A DNA stretch of 64,000 nt from Rhizophagus irregularis (taxonomy: Eukaryota), in assembly GCF_026210795.1 (NCBI RefSeq), contig NC_089430.1:1674001-1738000 (forward strand), in the 5' to 3' direction. The notes under the pieces were generated by a model. The model did no database searches. It worked only from the letters and a program-made list of their open reading frames with translations, and had not been told where the DNA came from. This document shows, in pieces, positions 25,170 to 35,050 of this stretch. Every line of letters starts with the position of its first letter. Positions within the stretch are counted from its first letter, which is position 1. The position numbers and the translations under genes are program-made.

Positions 25170-25709
25170 CTACAAGAACCAATAAATAACATTGAAGCTG
25201 AACATTTGACAGCATTAAGGGGTAAACTAATAATAAATCAAGAATTGAAGGATGTAATGTTTGATACAGGGGCAGCAGTAAATGTAATAACTAGTCAAAT
25301 AATGGATGAAATGGACCTAAGAATTGAAGAGCCAAGTACAGTAAGATGTGTGATGATAAATGAGGATAAAGTAGCATCAAGAGGTACCACAACAATATAC
25401 ATACAGTTTGGGGATAAGGAGATACCCATTAAGGTCGAAGTAATTGATTCTGGAAAGAATGAAATTGTGTTAGGGAATGGAGTATTAGATATGTTTAAGG
25501 CGAATATAGATTACACAGATAAAACAATAATACTTAGAATGGATGATGAAACCATGGATGTACCAGTAAAATATATACAAAAGACCATCAAAGGATTCGA
25601 AGAGACATTGATTGAAGATGAATTATTAGATGAATTATACCAAGATGAATTATACAATATATATGAAGATGATTATGAGAATTATGAAAATGAAAATTTT
25701 AAAGTATAA
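25170..25709 (+). CDS. Retropepsin-like aspartic protease, in frame with gag after a single TGA
   Basis: Active site MFDTGAAVNVI and IVLGNG motif; no ATG start upstream of the domain (ORF-track start is TTG). Confidence 0.88.
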   Translation, partial: LQEPINNIEAEHLTALRGKLIINQELKDVMFDTGAAVNVITSQIMDEMDLRIEEPSTVRCVMINEDKVASRGTTTIYIQFGDKEIPIKVEVIDSGKNEIVLGNGVLDMFKANIDYTDKTIILRMDDETMDVPVKYIQKTIKGFEETLIEDELLDELYQDELYNIYEDDYENYENENFKV

Positions 25710-27184
25710 GTCTTGGTCAGAATGATACTGAAGAGACGATAAAGAAGCATAAAAATGACCATGAAAAATTTATTGAAAAATTTAAAGTAGGGGATATAAC
25801 CAATGAACAAAAGGGTAAATTAAAAGTATTAGTAGAAAAATATAAGGATATATTTGAGTACGATGGTGAAAAATATAACAGGACAAATCTAGTGAAACAT
25901 GAGATAAGACTAAAAGAAGGTACTGAACCGATAGCTCAAAAGAGATACAAAGAAAACGACGAAAAAGGTAAATTTATTAGAAAAGAGGTAGATGAAATGG
26001 TAAAATTAGGAAAAATTAGAGAATCCAGAAGCCCTTGGTCTTCACCAGTGACTTTAGCAGGAAAAAAGTCTGGAAATTATAGATTTTGCATCGATTATAG
26101 AAAATTAAATAAAGTTACAATAGCAGATGCATATCCATTACCAAGGATTGACGAACAATTAGAAAGGATAAGCTCAGGAAAATGGTTCACAAGCTTAGAC
26201 TTAGCATCAGGGTTCAATCAGATAGAGATGGCCGAGGAAGATATTGAGAAAACAGCATTCATATGCTCAGCAGGATTATATGAATATAATGTCATGCCAT
26301 TTGGGTTAACAAATGCGCCTGCAAGTTTTCAAAGGTTAATGGATAAAGTATTAAAGGAATACCTGAATGAATTTGTAATAGTGTACATTGATGATATAAT
26401 GATATATTCGGAAAATTTTGAAGACCACCTAAAACACATAAAGTTAGTGTTAGAAAAATTAAAGGAAGCCAGTTTAATACTAAAGTTAAAGAAATGTATA
26501 TTTGGAAAAACAGAAATAGAATTTTTAGGACATGTAGTTGGTAAAAATGGATTAAAACCAAGTCCAGGAAAAGTCGAAAAGATACAAAAATTAACAGCAC
26601 CTACAAATATAAAAGGTGTAAGGTCAATATTAGGATTATGTACGTATTATAGAAAATTTATTAAAGACTTTTCAAAAATAGTAAAACCAATAACGTCTTT
26701 ATTGAGAAAAGATGAAAAGTTTGAATGGGGTATCAAACAACATGAAGCATTAGAAATATTAAAAAGGAAATTAACCGAAGAACCAGTGTTAAGACAACCA
26801 GATTGGTTAAGGAAATTTATATTAATTACAGATGCTTCAGGAATAAGATTAGGGGCAGTATTAGCTCAAAAAGATGATAAAGGTCAAGAATACGTAATAG
26901 AATATGCCAGTAAAAGTTTAAACAGGACAGAACAAAGATGGCCAATAACTGAACAAGAATGTTATGCAATTGTATGGGGAATACAACATTTCCATAAATA
27001 CTTGATCAATAGAAAATTTGAGGTAGTGACAGATCATGCAGCTTTGAAAGGATTGATGACTGCAAAAGTACCAAAAGGAAAGAGATCAAGATGGGTCATG
27101 GAATTAGAACAGTATGATTTTGAAATAACCCATAGACCAGGAAAAGAAAATAAAAATGCGGATGCATTATCAAGAATAATATAA
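25703..27184 (+). CDS. pol: Reverse transcriptase + RNase H
   Basis: SPWSSP, RFCIDYRKLN, LDLASGF, MPFGLTNAP, YIDD, TDAS, EQECYAIVW, TDH, NADALSR; frame open from 25703. Confidence 0.95.
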   Translation, partial: SISLGQNDTEETIKKHKNDHEKFIEKFKVGDITNEQKGKLKVLVEKYKDIFEYDGEKYNRTNLVKHEIRLKEGTEPIAQKRYKENDEKGKFIRKEVDEMVKLGKIRESRSPWSSPVTLAGKKSGNYRFCIDYRKLNKVTIADAYPLPRIDEQLERISSGKWFTSLDLASGFNQIEMAEEDIEKTAFICSAGLYEYNVMPFGLTNAPASFQRLMDKVLKEYLNEFVIVYIDDIMIYSENFEDHLKHIKLVLEKLKEASLILKLKKCIFGKTEIEFLGHVVGKNGLKPSPGKVEKIQKLTAPTNIKGVRSILGLCTYYRKFIKDFSKIVKPITSLLRKDEKFEWGIKQHEALEILKRKLTEEPVLRQPDWLRKFILITDASGIRLGAVLAQKDDKGQEYVIEYASKSLNRTEQRWPITEQECYAIVWGIQHFHKYLINRKFEVVTDHAALKGLMTAKVPKGKRSRWVMELEQYDFEITHRPGKENKNADALSRII

Positions 27185-27273
27185 ATAGATAGGTAAAAGA
27201 CTTGAGACTCAAAAATATATAACAAAAGAGTTAAGCAGGATAAATAAATTGAAATTACCCGAGCAATGTAAAA

Positions 27274-29055
27274 ATGGGACCTAAAATAATAATTATATGT
27301 GGAGTTGATGGTACTGGAAAAACATTCATCGTAAATAAACTTATAAAAGAATTTGAAAAAGTAGGACAAAGTGTGAGGTTTAACACCTTTAAAAGGAGAA
27401 GAGAGGACAATGATAAGTATAAAATACCAAAGAAAGGTATAGAATGGGAATTCAGGAAGGAAGTTGTCGAACAAATCAACAGGAGAATGGAAGAACATGA
27501 TAATGAGGATTGGTTAATATTAGATAAAAGTCCTTATAGTGAGTACTTTTATCAACAGACACCATCATTTGATAGAGGATACATATCAAGATATGAGAAC
27601 CACCTATTAGAAAAGGAAATATTTAGGAACAAAAGGATAATTGATGAATCAATAGTGATATTTTTAGAAAATGAAAAATGTTGGGAAAATTACAAAGGTA
27701 GAGAATATTCGAAAAAGGATCAAGGACATAAAACATCATACCCATTGTTAAATGAAGAAAGATATATGGAGATGGTGAAATCATTTAAAGAATGTCAAGA
27801 TATTTACGAAGGAGAAAAATATGCTAATATTAAAATATCAAATAATGACACAGATTGGGAAAGAGTATATAATAAAATAATAGAATTAGATGGAGATAAA
27901 CCACCAATAGAGGTTAAAAATGTTGAGATTAAGGATAACATCAGAGTAACTGATGGTAAAAAGTATATTGAGAAAAATAGTAAAAACATCAGAGTAATAG
28001 AAGACTTTGAAAAGATGGGAGCATTATATTTGGCTCACAGTCATGAATTATCGGCACATATGGGAATCAAAAGTACTTATGATAATTTAAAAGATAAATA
28101 TTATTGGGAAAATATGCTGAATGATGTTGAAAGATATGTAAGGACATGTGATAAATGTCAGAGAAGAGGAAAACCACAAGGGAAAAATGAATTACACCCA
28201 ATTAAAGTAGTAGAACCATGGTATCAAATCGGGATTGACTTTGTCGGACCATTGAACACAACAACAAATGGTAATAAATACATCATAGTAGTGATGGATT
28301 ATTTTACAAAATGGCCAGAAGCCAAAGCAGTAAAAGAAGCAACTGCTAAAGAAGTATCAAAATTTATTTATGAAGATATCATCTGTAGACATGGATGTCC
28401 AATGAAGATATTGAGTGATAGAGGAAGTCACTTTAACAATGAAATGATTAAAGAATTAATGGAAAAATTCAGGATAAAATGGAATTTTTCTACCAGTTAC
28501 CATCCAGAAACAAATGGATTGGTTGAAAGATTCAATCGAACATTAGGTCAAGCATTAGCAAAATTATCAACTAAGGATGATTGGGATCAAAAGATAGCAC
28601 CCATATTATTCGCCTACAGAAATAAAAAGCACAGTTCAACAAAAATTCGACCATTTTATCTAACATATGGAAGAAATGTACGGACAATAATGGATGAAGA
28701 TATCAAAGGAATCAACCTAAGTGACAGAATAGTTGGATTATTAGAAGAATTACCAAAAATCTGATATGAAGCCAAAGAACAAATATTAAAATCTCAAATA
28801 AAACAAAAAGAGTATCATGACAGAAAAATAATTAAAGAACATACCTTTGGAATTGGAGATAAAATATTACTTTATGATAAAGCCAAAGCACAACAATTAT
28901 CTGGAAAATTGGAATCAAAATGGTTGGGACCATTTTACATTCATGAAATACTACCAAACGGAGCCTACAAAATTAAAGATATTAAGGGTGTAATCAAGAA
29001 AACACCTGTAAATGGAGAATTGTTAAAGACTTACCATACACCGATGAGTAAATGA
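27274..29055 (+). CDS. P-loop nucleotide-kinase-like domain fused to integrase (one in-frame TGA at 28762-28764)
   Basis: N-terminal IIIICGVDGTGKT and LILDKSPYSEYFYQ; then HHCC finger (HSHELSAH...CDKC) and DDE core (IDF, SDRG, GLVER); after the stop, QIKQKEYHD and KWLGPF. Confidence 0.9.
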
Positions 29056-29273
29056 TAACCATCATCAATGGACTTAGAAAAATAAAGATAATTTATAATC
29101 ATGTGAAATAAAATCACATGACATAAAAATAATTTTGGAAAAATAGGAAAAATTAATGAAAATTTCCAAAGAAAGACCTAAGTGAAATCCGGTACAAGAA
29201 AACCGTGAAATTCAAAAGAACACATGACAAACCACGGGAACAGCTGCAGGACGCAGCTAAGTCAAGTAACAAC

Positions 29274-29335
29274 GCATGCTTGATTTAGTAGTATAATTCG
29301 CACCTACCACTTCGAGACACGAGTTCGATTCTTAG
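29274..29335 (+). tRNA. Degenerate tRNA-Gly-like sequence lacking the 3' acceptor strand
   Basis: GCATGCT-TG-ATTT-AGTAGTA-TAAT-T-CGCAC-CTACCAC-...-ACGAG-TTCGATT-CTTAG: A-box-like and B-box-like motifs and a Gly-type anticodon loop (ACC). Confidence 0.65.
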
Positions 29336-29368
29336 AATAAATTTAATGAGGGCATTAAATTTTCATGC

Positions 29369-29377
29369 GGGGGATAG
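29369..29377 (+). promoter_or_regulatory. Polypurine tract
   Basis: GGGGGATAG immediately before the 3' LTR; preceded by a 10-bp-stem hairpin at 29339-29362. Confidence 0.75.
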
Positions 29378-29378
29378 T

Positions 29379-29967
29379 TGTAATGCCGTAGTATACATAG
29401 TAAATTTATTAATTGTGAGGCGCAGTATTATATTTAATCTTAGTGTATAAAATTTTAATTTATTTTTAGTTGTATTAATAATTAGACCGAAAAGTCGTTA
29501 AACTATTGATCAGGTGATTCAAGGATAATTGGTCCGAGATGACATTAAACTATCAGTCACGAGATTTAAGGATAAATAAAGATCCGAAAGATACTAAATT
29601 AAATGAAGTCAAGTGATCTGAGGTGTCAAGTGATTAACTTGCTGATCATTACTTTAATATTATAAATCATAATTCAGGAGGTCACGATGATCAAATGGAT
29701 ACAGAATTAAGATAATGGAAATACTTTGATAATTTAAATCCATGAATCGAAATTATGAATTTGGTTACACTAAAACAAATATAAAAGGGTGTGAAGATCA
29801 CCTTTTGAGAAGGACATTCTTGGATGAATTTCGATAATGAATTATTTATTAGTTATTTAATGTTATTAAACCAAGCATATTATTGTATTTATTTATATTA
29901 TTAATAAAGAGATATTTTGTTAATACCTAAGGTGGCAATGTGATTTATCACGGGCTTAGGTGTTACA
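29379..29967 (+). repeat. 3' LTR (589 bp)
   Basis: Direct repeat of 19695-20262. Confidence 0.95.
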
Positions 29968-30172
29968 ACGTTGTATTAACTTTACGTAATAATATTGATT
30001 GTATTTTTTCTTATTGAGACGTCCCATTAGGTTTAAATATGTTTCGGAAATACAAATGCAATTCATTAAGACTTTATGCATAAATGTAACAATATTTAGA
30101 TATACATTGCCTATAAATACACAATAAAATAAGTTAAATATTCATCTTACAAATTCGCCACACGAATTCGCT

Positions 30173-31378
30173 ATGAAAAATTATCAAAGAATTAAAAAGC
30201 AAAATGTTCATGATTTTATCATGTTCAAGAATGGGATTAACCACAATACTATTAAAAAGAAAACTAGTGGGATATCAAACCTTTTGAATTTTATCATTTG
30301 GAATATTATGTTCTTTTCACTATTTCCACTTGCTTCAGCATCAATTGCATCATTTGTTGACATAGATTATGTATCACATACAGATTTGTATGATGCAATT
30401 CTCAACACATTTTTTCCAATTTTTTTTGTGATTTTTCTCAATGCTTCAGGTAAAGATGGGTCCATCAAAAATATAGTATTACCATTACTAGATGATGTAT
30501 TGTATAATATGATCACTTGGGTGATTCCATTTGTAGTTTCTTTTGCCTATGATGACTTGATGAGCATAAAGATATTTTCAATCATAAACATGTGTTTACA
30601 TTTAATTTGCGCATTTCTCGTAATAATTAAAGGAAAAAGAATTGGTTATTTTGCTGGTGATCACTATGATTATAATTATGAGGAAACTTTCTTTGGTTCA
30701 ATTTTTTTTTTCTTGACACTTTTTCCAGTTCTAGTTATTCCAATATTCTGGATAATTACCATCACACATAAACATATTTTTAATTCAATTTCTATAATAT
30801 TTCTTATATTATTCGGAATATGCTTAGTTTCTTTTGTGTTATTTATAATTGTTATTATAATTGAAGATATGGGTGGCATGACGCAAATGGTGGCATGGAG
30901 AATATATTATGTATTATCTATTATATGTTTTTATTTTCCAAATATTCTTCAAACATTATTGATTACATTATTTTGGCCAATCAATTTTTACTTTGTTAAA
31001 GCATGCGTGTTTATACTGATTCTATCATTAACAAGAAATGTGTCCTATTTTGTTGATAAGATTCCTGGTAACTTTCTGGCTACTTCAACAACAATGACTC
31101 AATTTTTTATTAAGGCTTTTACAACAAAAAACATAAAAGAAAATATTAAGGGAGCACAAATATCAATAGAAGAAATGCAGGAAAAAATTTTAAAAATTGA
31201 TGGGATGCAAACGAAAATTGACAAAATTGATGAGATACAGGCAACAATGCAGACAACAACACATACAATTGATGATATGCAAAAAACAATGCAGACGAAA
31301 ATGGATGAAATACAGAAGATAATGGATGAAATAAAAACATCAGTGGAGGAGACAAAAAAAAATTCAACCAAAGGATGA
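30173..31378 (+). CDS. Multi-pass membrane protein with C-terminal coiled coil, unknown function
   Basis: 401-aa ORF with roughly 8-9 hydrophobic segments and a heptad-like tail (MQTKIDKIDEIQ...MQTKMDEIQ); TATAAA ~60 bp upstream. Confidence 0.8.
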   Translation: MKNYQRIKKQNVHDFIMFKNGINHNTIKKKTSGISNLLNFIIWNIMFFSLFPLASASIASFVDIDYVSHTDLYDAILNTFFPIFFVIFLNASGKDGSIKNIVLPLLDDVLYNMITWVIPFVVSFAYDDLMSIKIFSIINMCLHLICAFLVIIKGKRIGYFAGDHYDYNYEETFFGSIFFFLTLFPVLVIPIFWIITITHKHIFNSISIIFLILFGICLVSFVLFIIVIIIEDMGGMTQMVAWRIYYVLSIICFYFPNILQTLLITLFWPINFYFVKACVFILILSLTRNVSYFVDKIPGNFLATSTTMTQFFIKAFTTKNIKENIKGAQISIEEMQEKILKIDGMQTKIDKIDEIQATMQTTTHTIDDMQKTMQTKMDEIQKIMDEIKTSVEETKKNSTKG

Positions 31379-32639
31379 TAATACAGAAGCTTACCCTTAT
31401 TAAAATTTTTATTTTATTTTATTTTTTTTTTTAGTTAAATTAGTTTAAAATTTAAAACAATATTTTTCACATTTAGTATCCATTAATATGTTGATTGCAA
31501 TGTACCTTAGAATATTATATTGATTTTCTGATTTTCATATATTATCTAAATAAATAAATTAAATATTTTAAATGAATAATGCATTATAATTTTTTTTTTA
31601 AAAAAATGATTATAATTAAAAATTTATTTATTCCAGGGAAAAAACGCGCAATAATTTTATGTTCTAATTACTCAATTCTATCAATTTTCATTTCTATTCT
31701 ATACTAAAGTTAATAATAAATAAAAGATCGAAAAATATATCTGCTAGAATTTCATATAATTCTTTCCATATATTTCACAAAGTATTTTTTCATTATCGGA
31801 TATAAATTTATTGATTGATTATAATAGTATGATATTAAAAATAAATTAATTTAATAAATAAAAGCATAAAAATAATAGTTTATTTGAAAGATGGATAACC
31901 ACTAATTTTAAAGAAATTCTAAAGTAGTATTTTTATCATTCAAAGCAACTATTTAAATTTTTAATATCATATATACGAAAAATAAACATGTTAAAAATAT
32001 GGAAAAGATTTTATTCATTGAACTTGGAGAAAAGAATACCAAAAAGCTTGTACAATAATGTGTTTAATATGGTCTTTAATTAATATTTTTAATTTTCTCA
32101 TTTATTATTAATATATTCAAAACTAACGAAAATATTAAGTCATGGTAAAATTAACAGGTTTTCTAATAAAAGCCTTCAATAATTCTTTAGCAAAAATTGT
32201 CCAAGTTAGAAATAATATCAGTATAACTGGGCTGAATTCAGATCAAAGAATATCTTTAAATTTTAATTATATGCAAAGTCATATGCAATGTCCGTGTGTT
32301 TTTTACATAAATTATTAAATAAAAAAATAAATTAAATTAAAATAACGAGTCTTTCACGTTTCATTGCTTTCTTGGTTTTTCTTTTGACGTTTTCGCTTCC
32401 TTTCATGTTAGCAATGAATTATGTGCAAGTGTTATACAGTATATGAAATATTATTAATAAATACGAATTTTATTTATCACACAAAACAAATGTTGCAGTA
32501 CTGTGAAATTCACAAATTCATTACAAAAACAATTTTATATAAGTAGTTTATTGTTACATTGTTACAAAAAAAATCTTTTTTTTTATCTTAAAAAATTCCA
32601 TTGTAGCATTAAAAAAAATTACATCCTCTAGAAAAAAAA

Positions 32640-33480
32640 ATATCTCACTAAAAAAAAAAATTCCCAGAAAAATTAATTATAACGATCTATCGTTACAAAA
32701 ATAAATGAATAAGTAATTATGTTAGTCTATTATTGAGCTTGATACGGCCTAAAAAATAATAATATTATTATTAATAAGAATCGGGAAGAAAGACAATTGC
32801 CGTGGCGCCGCAGCATCGATCCAAAACTTAAATGGTGAATGTATTCGGGAAAGAAAAAAAAAAGCCAAACCGAAAAAGGAAAAAGGGGGGAAAATTTCGG
32901 ATTGAAGAAAAAGTTAACCGGAAAAAACAGAAAAAAAAAATAAAAATAAAAATAATTCGAAAAAATAAAAACTAAAAAAAAAATTTGGGGAGGGAAAAAG
33001 AGAAAAATCGGGTTGAAAAAAAAATCGAAAGAAAAAGAAAAAAAAACGAAAAAAAATTTAAATCTGGGAGAAAGGAAATCGGTTTTAAAAAAAATAAGTA
33101 CTGAAAATTCTGAAAAAAAAAGAAATAATTCGTCCAAAAAGACCGAAAAAAAAATTCAAAAAAAAAATAATAATATGGTCTAAAAAAAAGACTGAAAAAA
33201 ATTAAAAAAAAAATAATAATAATTTTTCGGTTTTGGAAAAAAAAACAAAATCTAAACGGAAAAAAAGAAAAAAAAAACAAAAAAAAAGGAAAAAGGAAAA
33301 AAAACGAAAAATTTTAAAAAAAGAAAAGAAAGGAAAAGAAAAAGGTGTTTCGAAAGAGAAAAAAGGAAATTTTTTTTAAAAAAAGAACCATTTGTAAAAA
33401 TTAAAATTAAAAAAAGATGGGTTAAAAAAATGAAAATAAAAAAAAAAGATTAAAATTTCATTAACCAGAATTGGATTAGA
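32640..33480. repeat. Copy of a dispersed strand-biased (A-rich) repeat family
   Basis: 32730-32836 is homologous in inverted orientation to ~55360-55490; the end near 33455-33480 matches inverted ~48188 and ~12467. Confidence 0.6.
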
Positions 33481-33873
33481 TGTACAACATGACTTTCCGA
33501 TAAAGCAGGTCTTAACTATAAAGAATATGGATCAGCAATTCATACAGGCTAATCTAAACGTTAGTCACGCCACCTCTCACTTTTATTAACAGGAGCAATA
33601 ATTTAAATCATAGTATTTGGAATTTTAACAATAATATCTCTAATAATTAAATATTGTAAAGCTTCTACTTGATGAGTTATTTTCATATGTTTTGAGTACT
33701 GTACTTTCGATATTATTATGTTAAATAAAAAATTATTTGATTAATGTTAATATCTTTAATAAATTAATAAATTGTTTATTGTCTACTAAATAATCTGATT
33801 TTGTTTTTAATAAAATCAAATACTTTTTAAACTGGCGCGTTTAACTATTTATAAATGGTTAAAACTTTTGAAA

Positions 33874-35050
33874 CAGGATGGGCGTTCTTATCATTTCTTT
33901 TTTAATCTCGTCATTATTTAAACTCTTGTAAAATAAAGAATGTGTTTCCTTTTAAAAATTCTTGTCTCTTAATCACTAATTAAACAAAAATAGGGTTTCT
34001 CTCAAAATTCTTTCTATGAGTATTCAGGTTAAGATTAGTAGCTACTAAATTTTTTTTTTTCAATTAACGCACATAAAAACAAAAAAAAATTGTTTCGAAA
34101 TCTTTTTATTGATAGAATATAAATTTAATACTGATTATGATGATAAGTATTACTGATAAAGATTATAAAAAAATATACAACCTATAGACGATAATGCAGC
34201 TCAATCAAATTATCACTAATACTCAAATTGAAGAATTTTATAAATTTGGAGCAAAGATTCATTGAACTATGAAGAAAGTGAAATGTCTGAAGCTCAGAAG
34301 TAGTTTGATAAAAAATCAGCATAACAAGATATTGAAGCATTTAAAAAAGACTCAAAACTGCTCAAATCAGCAAAACATGTTTTAATTAGGATGTTCGCCA
34401 ACCATTAAAAACATCCCATTGCCATTACTGTTGAATCCACCAGGAGTTGATTCTATCTTTAACAACATTGACTAAATCTCATGTAACATCCGCTTCTAGA
34501 ATGTCGCAGCTTTAATTTAAATAACCCAAAGAATCCATTAGGTGTGAATTTAGTATGCCCTGCTACTAAACATACTTTGTCCTTTTTCTTCTGTTTTGCT
34601 TGTTCGATTAATTGTGTTAATGCCGACTGTTTCATAAATTAATAAAAAGCAAAACCGTTTTATATTGAGTTATGTAGAAATTAAAACAGCAGTAAAAGAA
34701 GGATTTCAACCAATAAATTTGACTAAAAAGGACACGGAGTAACTTATTCATCATTCCCAAAGAAATAATAATACCTAAAGGAATAACACCAGAACGAAAA
34801 TGGTACCTTTATGAAAAGGTACGACAACATATTCAAGATCCATCTGAACAGGATTCGTATTGTCCTTTGCCTTTCATTACAAAGCCAAAATACAACAAAA
34901 AAGGAAAATTTTATATTAAACATTTCTATTGAATATTAAATATTATTATAATAAAGAATGTAATAAAAAAAATAAAAATTAAACTAAAATTACATTTCCA
35001 TAACTTTCCTTGAACAAGATTTGCTAAAGTGCCTAAGAAGCCCGTTCTCG
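33874..35050. mobile_element. Degenerate DNA transposon (Sola1-like transposase remnants)
   Basis: VAGHTKFTPNGFFGLFKLKL on the minus strand (~34505-34570) and PKGITPERKWYLYEKVRQHI...CPLP on the plus strand (~34770-34875); weak TIR-like ends. Confidence 0.45.

Larger units (their letters stand above)
19695..29967 (+). mobile_element. Full-length Ty3/Gypsy LTR retrotransposon
   Basis: Paired TG...CA LTRs; ACGT TSD (19691-19694, 29968-29971); PBS; PPT; order gag-PR-RT-RH-INT. Confidence 0.97.

Noticed and set aside
25704..25720. GT...AG segment whose removal would fuse protease to RT in frame
   Set aside because: 17 nt is too short for a fungal spliceosomal intron
21358..27989. Antisense ORFs across gag/pol
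   Set aside because: Shadow frames of the A-rich coding strand with no motifs
29274..29345. Functional tRNA gene
   Set aside because: 3' acceptor strand missing and anticodon/T stems mismatched; reported only as tRNA-like
32730..33280. Phe-rich ORFs (also 49077-49511 and 54730-55441)
   Set aside because: Poly-T/A low-complexity repeat sequence
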